DNA from: a virus
DNA length: 64,000 nt
Virus record (IMG/VR): IMGVR_UViG_3300037316_000027
Span: 62,821 to 126,820 of that record
Reading direction: 5' to 3' (one strand)
The notes beneath the pieces were generated by a model. That model had not been told where the DNA came from. It ran no database searches and saw only the letters and a list, made by a program, of their open reading frames with translations. Numbering within the stretch: position 1 is the first letter of the stretch; every line of letters starts with the position of its first letter. A program made the translations under genes and the position numbers. Below, piece by piece: positions 8,410 to 22,079 of this stretch.

Positions 8410-10394
8410 ATGCTTTACGTTTCAACAGTACGCAGCTCGGTAGACGACAAACTCCTGAGCGCAGTTGCGACCAGCGAATACCATCCCGATTTCGAAACCC
8501 GGAACGACTGGAAAACATTCGAAGAGGCGAAGGAAGTCGCCGCCGTTCTTGGTGCCGACTACGTCGCGACCGATGCCGGTCAATGGACTTCGCCCCGGTA
8601 CGACGTGATCAAGCTGCCGAAAGTCGGCGACAAGATCAGCAAGGCATTCAACGGCGACAGCTATCCGAGCGGTACGATCAAGTCGATCAGCAAGTCGCTC
8701 CGGGTGATCATCACCGACGAAGGCGAAAAGTTCTACCGCATCCGGGAGACCGGGAGCTGGCGCAACAACGGCACGTGGTTCTTGACCCCGGGCCACGTCT
8801 ACACTCAGAACCCCTCATTCTAAGGAACGCACCATGCTGCCGAAAGTCATCAACTTCATCCCTCGTGGCCACTGCGGGTTTCTCCCGCAGCGGTACTTCT
8901 ACCGCGTCGTCGGGAAGCGCGCGCCCAAGAAGGGCGAGTTCTATCTGTCCGGCGCGATCGTCGAAGCTTACGAGGCCCTGTTCGACATGGCGGACGAATA
9001 CACCATCGTCGAAAAGGCCCATCGGGCCAAGACGATTACGATTGAGGTTCCAGCATGACCCGGCCGGTCGAAATGTCCGAAGGGTTCGCCGCGTTCTACG
9101 TCGGCGCGAACAAGAAGTGGCGCGTCGCACGCGACGCCCGGGGTGAGATAATTCTGTGCGAGACCGAAGCTCTCGCGAACTCTGTCGCCCGCTACCGCAG
9201 GCGTCGTCTGAAAATCTGGAGCTGAGAAAATGCCGAAATTTACCGCCCTCTCTATCGAAGACCTTTTCACCGCAGAACGCGACGCCGGTCGCGTCGCCCG
9301 CAAGGTCGAGTACATCGTCGCATGCGAAGCGAGCGATGGCACTTGGTGCGAATTCGACGCCGATACCCTTCTGCACGCGAGCCTTCTGGCGGACAATGCA
9401 GTCGATAAGCTCGGGGCTCGCGGCTGCTCGGTTTGGCGCGTGCGCCTGATCGATGGTAAGCTCGTGGGCACCAGCGGACAGCTCCCCGGTCGGCTTCCCT
9501 TGTATAAACACTTCGCTGCTTGAACCCCAAGCTGTCCCTCGTTCGACGACAGCGCCAACTTCTAACGGAGCAAACCATGAGCAAGATCACGTACCATGCC
9601 GAAGATGAAACCGATACCAAGGTTCGCGTCTATTCTGGTGGCCTTCGCGTCGGCACCATCAAGCAGGAGACCGAGGCTGGTAGCGAAGGCTATCGCTACT
9701 ACCCGAAGGGCAACAAGTACGGCGGCGACTTCTACAAGTCGCTGGCCGCGTGCAAACGATCACTGGAGGGTTGAGCCGTGGCAAAACACTGGAGCGATGT
9801 TCTGGTCTGTCAGTGCGGCAAGCGATTTCGATCGATGTCGGCTGAGGCCGTGCACCGGCACAACTTCCCGGCGCTCTGTCGGCGCAAGCCGAAGGCCGCG
9901 TGGGAAGTCGTCGCTGGGCTGGAGTGGACGCGCAAGCAGGACGGCTTCGATAACTCGGGTCGTCCGATGTACGAATACGAGGCGCACCATGGGAAAATTC
10001 ATTTCGACATCGTCAAGAGCACGGACGCCGGGTTCGGCATCAGCGTGCATGACGGCGAGAAGTATCTGACCCATCACTTCGGCATCGAATGGCGGCGCAC
10101 GCTTGGCAATTGTCAGGCCCGCGCCGTGCAGATCATGAACCTTGTTAGAGCAAAGGAAAAGTCATGCACGGTCTAGGTGAGATCAGGCGGATGAACAATA
10201 ATCTCTCGCGTAACGGTCGGGGGTCGCCGTGGGAAGTTCGTTGGCCCACACGCTGGCCCGCGTCCGGCGAAAGAATTTTCAGTGTCGTCCGTGTCGCGGA
10301 CGGCGTGGTCGAAAGTACGCACCCCAAACTCAGATTGGCCCGGCGCGCTGTCGTGACCCTGATCAAAAACGGGGAGCGCACCGATGGTGCTTGA
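8410..10394 (+). other. Plus-strand operon of small hypothetical ORFs (8410-8823, 8834-9058, 9230-9523, ~9577-9774, 9778-10176, 10164-10394)
   Basis: Consecutive ORFs with SD motifs, local strand inversion. Confidence 0.7.
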
Positions 10395-13300
10395 CATTCA
10401 CGACGAGATCATTTTGGAGCTTGCGCGGCTCCAACGGGCGGCCTTTGACGCCGTCCGCAAGCGCTGTGCTGAACAACAGCTCGGCGAGGCTTGGGTCGAT
10501 TTCGAAACCGCCCATGTCGATGAACATCCGCGCAAGACTGCGTGACCTTTTCGCTGATCTTTTCGCGGCATCGTTTTTCATAATTCGGCCATCAATTGCC
10601 CGGGATGCAGTCGGGATCGCATTGATTGAAGATCGTCGGCGGCTCCGGCTTCGGCGGCTCGGCCTTGTAGGCGCTCTTGAGCATATCGGCCGCGATCAGC
10701 TCGAAGTTGTCCCAGTTCTTCGAGTTGCTGGCTGTCAGCTCCGCCATGTCCCGCAGCATCTTCGCGGCCCCTGCCACGTCCATAATCTGGGTCACCTTAG
10801 CCATTTTGACCCCGCGCGGCGGCGATGACGTTCGCGTTGTCCTTGACGACCACGCTCTTGACCGCCTTGGCGACCTTGGTGAGCCCAGCCATGAGCCCGA
10901 CCGGCGCAAGCGGGGCAACCCCACCCCGCTTCTTGCCGTGCGTTGGGTAGACCTTGCTACGCGCTACACCAGTGTACTGACGACCGAGGAAGACCGGCCG
11001 CGCCTTGCGGTCACCGACCGGCTTGTGCGGGACCTGTGGCCCTTCGGAACGAACGCCCTTGACCGCGACCCTCTCGCCGGCCACGGCGATGAATGTCTTG
11101 GCATTGCGGTACGCCTTCTGAGGCGAGCGGTTTCGTTTCGTGCGGCGTGTCTTAGCCATCTGCTAATTTCCTGTCTAGTTTGGCGTTCATTGTCCGGAGG
11201 CGATCGAAGAAAACCTTTTCGATGTCCGCCCCGGCGCGAAGCAGCTTCTCGCCGGGGATCATCTCTTGAACTTGAGCGGTGCGACTACCCGCCGAAAAAT
11301 CAACGATGCGAAAGAAAATCCCCTCGCTGGTTCGTGACAGGCAAAGCTCACGTTTCTCGGGGATGGCCCGGTAAAGCTCATTCAAGTACAGTTCATCTCC
11401 TTGCGAATCATGCCTATCCGGTTAAAACCCATAGCCGCCAACCCTTGATGGTGCGGCAGCGTCGCCGAGCCAAGCCCACGGCCCCAGCTTGTACATCGTG
11501 ACCCAATAAGCTGGCCACGTAGCTGCGATGATCGGGCCAAAAACAATAGTGACACTTGTGCGGGTAAAAGGAGGATAGTCGGGCACACCCTTGAGCCACA
11601 CGAACTCCCAATGCAGCAAGGTTAGGATGCCGAGCGTGACGTAGAGCGCGAGGGCCTTAGTCGCTAGTCGTCTCACTCCGATTTGCGTCATGATCTAGTC
11701 TCCTTGGGTGACAACCGGATAGGCATGTTGCGAATGATGGAGCCAGCCTGCTTTTGCCGCTCGGCCAAAAACGCGGTGACCATTCCGGCTGGCATTGGTC
11801 CGAACACCACGGTCCCGGGACGATCGTTCTCGCGCTCGATCACGTAGGAGCCCGCCAGTTCGTGTCGGACGCCCCACGTATATCGAATAAAGTTATCCAT
11901 CGACAGTGCGGTAGTCGAGACCACCGTCCGTGTTCTTAGCGATGAATTCTTCAAGCCGGTCGATCAGATCGTGGGCCACGTGGTAGTTGAGCCCAATCGC
12001 GTTGTGCACTTCAGTCCGCGCGCGAAGCTCGTCAAGAAGCTGGCGCGTCGTAGCGCAGCCGAGCTGAGGCTCGTTGGGTGTCAGCGTGAAGTCCACCGCC
12101 GGCTTGGCGATTTCCTCGGCATAGTCCTTGAACCATGGGGCGATGTCCTGCGTGAGCGCCGCGAAGTGCTTCGCCTGCGCGGCAGCTTCATTCGGCGAAA
12201 AGCTCGCCCGCATCACAAGGCCCAGCCCCCGCAGGAGCAATTGTTCCGCCGACGTTGCCATGATCTTTCCTTCTCGGTTGAATGGTGCAGTAGATCGAGC
12301 CGTTCTCGACGCGCGCGTAGCTGATATGAACTAGCTCACCTTCGACGATCAAGTCAAGCAGGTATTTTCGTTCACATTCATTTAGACAGCGCATCGGGGT
12401 CCGGGTTCATCTCGCTAGGGGCATGGTCATCCGTCGAGCCCTTGTAGCTTATCCGATCGCTGAGCGGGTCCGCTATGGTAGCGTAGAGCGTCTTGTCTGG
12501 CCCGGTGAAGTGGTAACCGTTCCCAGTGATGGCGGGCTCGACCGCGCGCGTCGGGTCAGACAGGATTGCCTTCGCAGCCGCGACCGTTGTGGCGTCGGGG
12601 CTCTTCCATGCGCCGGCTGACCCAGCTCCTAGGAAGTCGCCCCCGTGCCCATTGAACGGTGCCTCCGGAGTGATCGTGAGACCGGTATCGACATAGACGC
12701 GTCCTGACGAGTGGTCAGCAAACTTGGTCTCGTACAGGAGCAGGTACGTCAACCAATCGCTGACCGTGGTGGGTTGGTTGGTTCCGGTGCGCCTCGCGAC
12801 GCGAGCCGCGTGTGCCGCTGCATTGGTAAAGCCCCATCGATTGAGCGGGGTGCGACCTTGAAGCTTGCGCTGGATGTTCACGCGCTCCAGTTGGCGCGGT
12901 GTCAGGAAGATCGAGGGCTTACGCTTGCCGAAGACTGGCGGCGCGTTGCGGAGCCAGTAAGCGACGATGCCCCCATCCCGGAAGCGCTCCCGCATCTTCT
13001 CGAACCCGGCCGGATCGAGCGGCGTGGGATGGTCGATCCCGGAAGATTTCGAGCGGGGCCAGCAGAAGAACGTGGCAAGTGCGGCCATGGTCATGCTGAG
13101 GACAAAAATCTCGAAGGGGGTCATGTGCCATCCAATGTAGTGCGCCACTGAAACGAAGCTCGGTGTGCGTCGTTGAAGTAGACCGGGGCCATGCGATCGC
13201 TGAACGAATTGAAATAGTATAGCAGCTTCTTTTCGGCTACCCACCGTATAGACCAGCCGGGCCGCATCAATTCATCGTTGCGAATGAAGCCGCCGTGTTC

Positions 13301-15211
13301 TGCCGTGTGGGTCGCGCTATTCAGGTCCATGGCCAGATCAATCCGAAGCCTGCGATGTACGAGAAAAATTCCAAGACCACGATGCTTACCAGATACGCCG
13401 CGATGATAACCGCGACGGTGACAGCAAGAGCTTTGATCGCCCAAACTCTCATGCGCCGCCCGTGAAGAAGCCTGCGCTGTAGAGCACGAACAGGCCTAGC
13501 GCGGTGAAGGCTGTCGTGAGGGCGGCCGTGAAGTATTCACGGTCAATGACGCGAACGCCAACATTTACCATGCTGATGCCAAACCCCACGAGGAAGTACC
13601 ATTGCTGCCAATGTAGCACGATCGGGGCAGTTGTCATGCGATGAAGCTCCGTATTGCGAGAATGAGCGGCGGTGCGAGGCACACGGCCTCCGGGATCATG
13701 CTAAGCACGTCCTGAGTGGCCCGGTCAATAGCCTCGGCCATATTATTTTCGGGAGGGTTAACCGCCGGGCGCTCGTGCGCGTCCCACCCGGCAGTGAACG
13801 CGCCCTTGAGTAGCGCGCGGTCGCGAGCCGACGAACATAGTTCCGGCCACGCTTCGGCGACCCATTTCCTGTACGCTGCATCGCGCACGATGTGATGCCG
13901 CTTATTTTCGCTCACGGTGACACTCCTGACAAACCCATTGGCCCGCGTCCGGCGTCGCGTTCTCGCATTGCGGCTTCCACCACTCGCACTTTGCGCACAT
14001 GAAGACGATCATGTCCAGCGCCGCGCAAAAATCCCTGTTGCTGTCGCAGCCTTCGAACTTCTCGTTGCCCTCGCGCGAACAGAACTCGGCAAGGTCAATG
14101 GTCGTGTAGTTCAACCGCAGGGCCGCTTCGCCGGCCAGTGCGATGCTGTTGGTCATCACATCTCTCCGAAGCCGATACCGTCAACGCTACAACGCTCAGT
14201 ACCATCCGGATCACGGGTCCTGCAATGCGGATAGTGACAGGGCGTCGGTCCATCGGTGCGATAGTTCTTGCAGAAGGCCGTGCTAGGCGGCGTCGCATAG
14301 GCGCGTCCCTCTGGCCCCCAGCCCTCAGTAACTCCCCTTGCCATTCGCAGCGCCCGCTCGCCTGCGCGGTCCTCCGGGACCCAGCGGCGATAGCGGTAAT
14401 GGTGCTCGTCGCCGGAGCCCCAGCCCCAGCCTTCGATCAGGACCCGCTCCCAGTGCAGCCATTCCAGCATGACGAGATCGCCTTCGATCGTGCGTCGCGG
14501 CCAGACGGCGAAGAAAATTCCGCACTGCTTGCGCGGTTTGCGTTTCAGGAGCATAGCGACGAAACCTCCACACGTGAAATCTCTGCGGTGCGGTCGAGAC
14601 CGGTGATCACCGAGACGCCGGGGACTTCGACTTCGAAAAAGGTGCCGTCCTTGAACATGAAGCGCAACGCGGTGTGATGGCCAGCCTGCGTAGTCTTCAT
14701 CGACAGCGCGCGATCCGTGATGATCTGCTCGCCCGCGTAGCGTAGCCGCACGGGGACTGCTTCGCTGAGCGGGACAGGCTCGTCGAGATCGTGCGTGTGT
14801 GAAATGCCCCAGAGCCCGGCCATCGCGTGAACCCACACGATGCAGTGCGGATTGGCGCGCTCAGTGATCAGTGCTTTGACTTCGGGAGACAGTGCGATCA
14901 TAGCGCCCCCAGTGCGGCGCGCATCGCCGCGCGCCCGCGAAAACGGTCGAGCCAAATCTCCGCATCCGTGTAGCTGCGCGCGCCCTCGCAGCGGATGATC
15001 TGGTAGGTGATGCTGTCGGAGCCCGGGCCTTCAGGGATCGGAGCTTCCATCCGGTCTTCGCGGATGATCTGATAGTCATGCATGCCGCCGCCGTGACGCA
15101 TGATGCGCCAGCACGCGGCTTCAGCACAGTACGCGGCATGGGCGCGATCGAGCGTCTCTTCATCGAACTCCATCGCCTTGATGGAAGATGCAAACCGTTT
15201 ACGGGGGGTGC

Positions 15212-15721
15212 TCATAGCAGCGGCATTTCGGGATGTGGCACATCAACGAGCACACTGCACATGAGCAGCACGTCGCGCGGTGCGATGTGATGAAACGGAA
15301 CGGTCAGGACGTACGGGAGGATTTTGCCGTGTCGCATCGCTGCCGTCGTGATTGCGGAACAGATCAGCTCACCCTGCTTGTGCAAATTCAACGAGGGAGC
15401 GATGAAGCTGATGAGCGAGCGCCAGTCATACGGCTCATTGTTGACTTTACTTTCGAGGTAGCCGTAGTACGTATCCGCCTGTTTCTGCGTGCATGGAATT
15501 TCAACGAAGAACTCCGCCTTCAAGGTCGCGTCGTCATACCCCTTCGGGCGTTTCCGCAAGCCTCCTGAGATATGCTCTCCGTAGTACCACTGACCATCCG
15601 GAGAAACACTCTCGACGTGGTTAGGCGTAAAAGGCATTGCGATGCCTGCTTGCACACGAATGAGCCAAGGCATGAAGCCTTTCTGGGCGATGAACCTGAT
15701 GACTACTTTTGCTTCACTCAT
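15212..15721 (-). CDS. Permuted papain-like (NlpC/P60, YiiX-type) amidase/peptidase
   Basis: His (PNHVE) precedes PYDW and Cys (ELICSA), the permuted catalytic order. Confidence 0.65.
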   Translation of the reverse strand: MSEAKVVIRFIAQKGFMPWLIRVQAGIAMPFTPNHVESVSPDGQWYYGEHISGGLRKRPKGYDDATLKAEFFVEIPCTQKQADTYYGYLESKVNNEPYDWRSLISFIAPSLNLHKQGELICSAITTAAMRHGKILPYVLTVPFHHIAPRDVLLMCSVLVDVPHPEMPLL

Positions 15722-16135
15722 GACTTCAACCTAATCGTTGAAACGGGATACCAGCGACGCGGCCGATGAAGTTCGGCTTCGACGAATTCGTCCGGGTCGT
15801 CGAATGTAAAGCACAGGCCGTGAGCTTCGTCAAGTCGCAGCCCCTTGACCGTGCCGGCCTCGCCGTTAAACGTCTGCACAGCGGAGCCGACAAGGTCGTC
15901 CTCGGCCAGATGAAGCCACTTCAGGATGCTGACGACGGCGCGCTCGTAATCGTGGTGCGTCACAGGTCTTCTCCCAGACGATCTTCCCACGCCTCGTATA
16001 CGGCCGTCTCAAGCTCGCCAATGTAATCGAGTAGCGTGATCACGTTTTCGGGCGTCACGCACACGTAGTAGTTTGCTTGCTTCGCCTGCTCGCGGAGCTG
16101 ATGCTGAAGTGTGGCGTGCCTGCCAATGGGTGGGC

Positions 16136-16789
16136 TCATTGGAATTCCCCTTCATCGTACAGCTCCAGCCCGGAGAAGCGGGCGCGCGCGCCCTCGCGGC
16201 TCTCCCGGATTTCGCGGGCCTTCTCTTTCGTAGACTTTGAGCGGCGAAACTGAGCGGGCTCCGGCAGCATCGGTACTCCGGGTGCCCACGGCTCTATCGC
16301 GGCCCGCTCGGCGAGCTGGCGCGTCAGCTTTCTCGACAGTGGCGGCGCATCGGTCTCGACCTTTTCGACAGGGGCTCCCGCCCTCTCTGCATTCTCGACG
16401 GTCACTGCGCCCATCTCGGCAACGATCTTGATCTCGCCGGCAGACATGCGATCGGTCTCGTCGGTCGTGAAACTGATCAGCCCCTTACGCAACAGGTATT
16501 CCCCGAACGCGGCTGCGAGGCTACGCTTGATCGGCTCCTGAAACTTGCGCGCCTGTTCGATGTTGTACTCGCTGACGACCTTGAGCGCGCGGACCTTTTG
16601 GTACTGCACCATGGGCACGCACTGCGGGCAATCGAATTCACGATACACGTGGTCCAGCATGGTCATCTCTTCAGCCGGCGTCGGCGCGCACTCAAGCTCA
16701 TGGTGCCGCATCAATCGTACGCGCTTGGCATCCTGACAAATGTCACACTTCACGGAAGTAGAACTCCCCAAACATGATCGTTGCAACAA
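16136..16789 (-). CDS. Zinc-finger hypothetical protein ending in ARFSGLELYD
   Basis: CDIC...CPQC pair; true start may be a few codons downstream. Confidence 0.6.
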   Translation of the reverse strand: MLQRSCLGSSTSVKCDICQDAKRVRLMRHHELECAPTPAEEMTMLDHVYREFDCPQCVPMVQYQKVRALKVVSEYNIEQARKFQEPIKRSLAAAFGEYLLRKGLISFTTDETDRMSAGEIKIVAEMGAVTVENAERAGAPVEKVETDAPPLSRKLTRQLAERAAIEPWAPGVPMLPEPAQFRRSKSTKEKAREIRESREGARARFSGLELYDEGEFQ

Positions 16790-19008
16790 AGACCGCGCCG
16801 CCCAAAAACGCGCCGGAACCCCAAAGTTCTCCGCTGAAGATTGCGACGATCGGCCGACCTAGGCACTCCAAAATCGAGCCGATCACAATTCCGTCTGCTA
16901 TATGCTTGATCGTCATCGCAGCGCCGTCACGTACATGATCAAACTGAAGGCGGCAGCAAAGCTAAGCCAGCTAGCGAGCGCAGCCCAGCGAGCGTGACGC
17001 TGCGCTCGCTCGCGCATACCCTCGCTACGGAGATGGTCGCGCGCGACAAGACGAAACAGCCTGCCGAGATTGGGGCTGTCGTCGAACAGTTCATCTTTGA
17101 AGTCGGGACCCCCGAATTCGGTCACTAGCATATCTCCTGCTTCTGATGACGCTTCCGTCGTCGTCGATTGGCGCGGATACAATGGACAGCGGCGAAGGCC
17201 GCGATAGAGACAGTCCCCAGCCCGACGCCAGAGAGCGATGCGGTCGGAGGCGCGAACATCACCATGGCAGTGCTGACGGCAAGCGTGAATGGCGCACCGT
17301 AGATGACGGCGCGCTCAGTACGTTCGTGATGTGGATGCGTCACCGCAATTCTCCGATGGCAATTACCAGAGCTACGATTACGCCGGACCATAACACGAGC
17401 CCGACCAGTTCGCAACGAGTAATTCGGTCACAGGAAGACATACGCGTAGGCTCCGACGAGAAAGATGCATAGGACCGTAGCCCAGAAGCCAATTTCGTAA
17501 TTGCGCTCGCTGCTCTCACGCTCGCGCCGACGCCGCGCCGTGATCATGCGATTGCGGTCGCGGATGCGGAGCTGCTTCTTCAGCTCCCACTTCTCGTCGA
17601 ATGTCAGGCCCGCGAACTCTGGGCCAGTCATGTCGAATGGGTTCTCGTGATGGTTCATGCGAACGCCGCGAACGCAATAGCGAGGATCAAAAGCAACATG
17701 CCTATCCGGTTTAGACACACGGCCCTAGATGTTGTGGTCATGTGTCGTCCTCTTCTGCGTAGGCTCCGGGCTTGCAGGTTTCCCATCCGCCGTCATGGTG
17801 GTCGGTGTAACAGGTTTCGCACCATGTACGATTGCCTTCACAGACCGGACATTGATGAACATTGCAGCGGTTGCCTTCCCCGAGCGCCGCGATATCCGCG
17901 TCGCCCCGTAACAGGCTTTGGCAGGGCTGCTTCCCAATTGTGTAACGGTGTTGCGGTTTCATGGCGTATTCCGATTTAGACGGACTTCATCTTGTAGGGC
18001 CTCGCGGGCATAGCGGTGCATATTGTGGATGGTATCGAGCAGCCCCATTTCGCCCGTGCCGCTCTCATTGGCGCACTGCTCGATGCGCTCAAGGGAGCCC
18101 CAGATGTGCACGCGAGCCTCCTGCCGGTTCACGACATTGCTCCGAAGACCAGCGCGATGACCGCGAGCACGGCGGCAACGATCCAGAAGATATGCGCCCG
18201 CGTCTCCAGCCGGTTCGTATCGCCCAGCTCCTGCATGAGCTGCATGCGGCGCTGATGGCGCGCTTGCGCCCAGATACGATCAGCGTCGTCGCTCGGCCGA
18301 CGAGCACGCGGCACGCCAGCTTCGTCCAAGACCTGTTCCATCGGCGTCCCGAGCGGAATGATTTCGGGATCAGCGCGTGTGTTCGGCGGCGTCACGCCTG
18401 AGCGCGGACCGCCGCCTCGGGGTCCCATCACTGCACTCATGGCACGTTGCTCCCTGTTCCGTATGCGCCGCCCTGATCATGCCGGCTACCGGCGACGATG
18501 CACGTGATGATGAAGCCGATGAAGCACACGACGGCGGCAACCGCCACGTGACTAGGGTGCGCGACGAACGGCGAGCTGAGAGCAAACGCGGCGGTGAAGC
18601 CGAGCAGCGTGCGGGCTGCGATAGCTTCGTGCTTGCGCTGACGTATGACCTTGCCCTCAGCGATCGTGGGGAAGTGAGGCGAGAGGCGACGACGACTATC
18701 TCCCAGCGGCGGCATTGGGTCGGAGCCTGCGGCGGCGGCGGCGATCTGGCGAAGCTCCTGATTGACTGCCGCGTCGGCGCGAAGGGCTTCATGGCATCCG
18801 TATGGGGCGCAGAGAGCCGGGTGAAAGCCGACGATGCGATCGTCACCGACCCGGGGATTGCATCGGCGCGGACGAGCAGCCCACGCGTGGGCCAGTCCCG
18901 GCTCTTCGTTGAGATGCTGTTGCCAGCTCTGTTCCGATATCTGTCCGCTGAGGTAGCAGTCGATCAGATCGCGATTGCGTTCGCTCGTTGACATCTTGTG
19001 TTCGAACT

Positions 19009-19452
19009 TCATAGGATGTCCTCAATGCTTCGGCGGAAGCGGTCCGCCTCCGATAGCTCAACTCCTAAACCATCATCCTCGGTCGTGTCAAGCGGTTCGA
19101 TGGGGTCCGGCCCTTCTTGCGCAGTTTGGTTAACGAACTGACCCGGATCGAGCGCGGCGGTGATGTTTTCCGCGCTGTATTCGTCGAGTACGATCGTAAT
19201 AGAGGCCTGCGTCTCGGTATCTTCCGCACCGGCCTCTAGCGAGGCGATATGGGCCGCCGCCGCTGCCTGCGCCTTGAGAAATTTCCATGCTTCGCGCCGT
19301 TCGGTCGCAAGGGTCCGCGCGCAATGGGCGCAGCCGCCGCCGATGTAACGCTCGGTCGTACCGCACGCTGCATGCGGGCTGCCGGTGTAAGTCTTGAAGC
19401 CGAGCGCGATTGCGTTCTGGCGATCGAGGTTGGTTGGTCTTCCGCCGCTCAT
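19009..19452 (-). CDS. Protein with Zn-binding 'A..G..YTG..CG..ERY..GGC..C' module and acidic tail
   Basis: Module also found at the N-terminus of the EndoVII gene at 45717; start MSGGRPT preferred. Confidence 0.6.
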   Translation of the reverse strand: MSGGRPTNLDRQNAIALGFKTYTGSPHAACGTTERYIGGGCAHCARTLATERREAWKFLKAQAAAAAHIASLEAGAEDTETQASITIVLDEYSAENITAALDPGQFVNQTAQEGPDPIEPLDTTEDDGLGVELSEADRFRRSIEDIL

Positions 19453-21615
19453 GGTGTGTTCCTTTTGATTACGTCGCGCACGATCTGATCGAAGTGGTAG
19501 TCGATCCACAGTCGCAGATACGCAGCCGCGAAGCGTTTGAAGTATTCAATCCCGGGGGTCATACGGTTTCCTCCGGGACATCGGTCGCATGCCGTGCTGT
19601 TGCGACACAACGTCGATCAGCATGTCGGCGAGCGCACCATACGAGCGAATGACTTCGCTGCGCTGGTAGTCGTTGCGGCAGAGCTTGAGCGCGGGGCGTT
19701 GCGCCTCTTCGACGCGCACTTGGATATCGCGAACCTGTCGCTGGAGCGGGGTGTCCTCGGTCATTTCATCCCCTCCCCCGAAATTTGTCAGTCATCGCTT
19801 CAGGCCCTCTCTGGCGATCTTCTGGATATCGTCGTGCGCGTTCACGTGCTCGACGATATGCCGTAGCACCGCTCGCAGGCGTTCCACGTCGCGCCGGAGC
19901 TGAGCCGCGTCGTCTTCGGCTGCCATGCGCAGGAACGCATTGTCGCCGCCGTAGCTCTCGTATCGAATTCCCATGTCAGTCATCCTCGCTGCACGCGACG
20001 CATTTGCCGGGCAGGCGGACGCGCTAACTTCCGACACGAGACGATCTTGTGTTCGACGATATCGACTTCCACGCGACATACGTCACCGGCTTCGTAGGCC
20101 CCCGCGCCCATTGGTTGTGCGCTCCAGAGCGGTGCGCTCCAGAGCGGCCCCGACGTGATGGTGTAGCAGCCAACGCTCTTGCCCTTCGCGTTTTTGATCC
20201 ACTCGAATTTCGGGCTGGGATTGCCGCGCCGCGTGAGCGAGCCCGGCTCGGGCGCGATCGACGTGGTGTTGCCCAGACAATACCGCCGACTTTCGCAAAG
20301 CGGATTGGAGCAGCTAGCGCAGCGCACGAACGGGCGCTCGAATTCATCGCGCGTGTGTTCGATCTTCATTTGGGGTGCACCGCGAATGCCGGCATCACGT
20401 CCTGCCGTTATAGATGGCTTTGAGCTTGGCTTGCAACGCGCTAAACGCGGCCATCACTTCGCGATGCTCGGTGATAAGCTCGTCGCTGACTTCGTAATCG
20501 CCATCATCATCATGATTGTCGTCGAAGTCGAAATACGGATAAAGCTCGTCGCGGTAGATGTAGCGCTTAGGCATCACACATTGACCTTTCGCTTGACGCG
20601 GTTGTCCCACTCGTCACCGCCGGTCGGTTGCTCAAGCCATTGATCGACCGTGGTGCGCATCTCCGTGGTGTAGCGGCGGATCAGGCGGAAGTTACGTGAC
20701 GGGAACGACGCTTCGGCCCAGCCCTTGCCGCCGGAGAAGCGCACGGTAGGATTGCGCAGACCAACGAGTAAGATATTCGTCTCGCGCCTCTTACAGATCG
20801 AGCGCACCGTGTAGCGTTGGCCGACCACGGGCGGAGTGACGCGCCACTGTCGCGCGGCGCGGTGCCACTCGGGCGTGAGGCCCTTGATGCATTCGACTTC
20901 GTCGCTGGGTCCCATCACGCACCTTCTTCGTTGTCGTCGGCGTCTTCCTCGCGGCCGGCCTCTGCAAAACTCCAACTGTACCAGAATTGAATACTGTTGC
21001 AGGAGATCGGCATCTTCGTGCGCCCGTCCAGCGGTTCGTTGTGCTGCATGAGGCCGGGCAGCGGAAAATGTTCTCCGTCAGACGTGACCCGATCGAAGCC
21101 GGCGATCAAGCCATTAGAGCCGAAGCTTGGCTTGATGTCGTCGCCCGTGTGGAAGATGACGGGCTCCGCGAGAACGAAGTGGCGCGGCTGCGTTCGCTGA
21201 TCGGCGGCCGACGCGTGATCGCCTCGCGGCTCGTACTCCGGGCCGCGACCGACCCAATTGCGGAACAGGTACTCGCCGACGCACAGCGCTTCGAAATTGA
21301 CACGGGGAAAAGCTCGCATAACGTTTCCGAAAAGTTGCGGTTCGACCCATGGAGCGTCGGGAGTTTCGGACGGCTCGGGGATCACGCGGCGGCCGACGCG
21401 TTGAATGTCCGCCGCCGTAGGCAGGGGCTTCATTGGCTCCGGTGCGTGATCGCCGACAGCGACCGCGTCGCGCGGTGTCTGTTCGAGACGGGCGCGGGCT
21501 TCGGCGAGTAGTTGACGCGTGATGTCCGCGCCGAGTTCATCGCCAGCGCGGACGCGTTCGAACATCAGGTCGCCGAGAATTCTGACGGCCGCAGTGCGGC
21601 GTTCGTAGAGGGTCG

Positions 21616-21882
21616 TCATGATTTGGCATCCTCGATCTTGCAACTGAGATCATCAAGGTCACACTGTTCGAGTGCGTACTGCACTTCCTCCAACAGCGTC
21701 GCCGAGTTCTCGGCAGCAGTGCCCTTGTCGCCGCTCTGCATGTTCTCCGGCATGTTGTCGTAGAACTCGCGCTCTTCCGGCGCGACGGCTTCGATGATGT
21801 CCACCAAGGCCTCGAAGTCGGATTTGATTTTCTCGATCAGGTCTTGCGCCTTGGCAAGCTCTTTGCGGCGGGCGGCGTTCAT
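21616..21882 (-). CDS. Conserved phage coiled-coil protein
   Basis: MNAARRKEL..EEREFYDNMPENMQSG pattern. Confidence 0.7.
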   Translation of the reverse strand: MNAARRKELAKAQDLIEKIKSDFEALVDIIEAVAPEEREFYDNMPENMQSGDKGTAAENSATLLEEVQYALEQCDLDDLSCKIEDAKS

Positions 21883-22079
21883 TGGCGATGGCTCTTGTGA
21901 TCATGCTCGGTCGCGAGGATGCGCGCGCGGGTCAGCTTAATCTGGGTCATCAGGTCGTCGTTGATCGGCGAGGCTGATGTGATCCACAAGGTGCGCATGA
22001 TCACGAGCTGATTGCTCAGTAGCAGGAGAAGGTCTTCGCGTGACATCGTTCACTCCAGATTTGCCGGACCGGCGGAGCT

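Larger units (their letters stand above)
10363..22046 (-). other. Long minus-strand block of small hypothetical ORFs, several with transmembrane helices or CxxC zinc fingers
   Basis: Tightly packed same-strand ORFs with ATGA/GTGA overlaps. Confidence 0.7.

Noticed and set aside
20118-20146. Short tandem duplications (PLWSA twice here; MPEYS/MPEY at 32490)
   Set aside because: Isolated 15-nt slippage duplications without wider pattern
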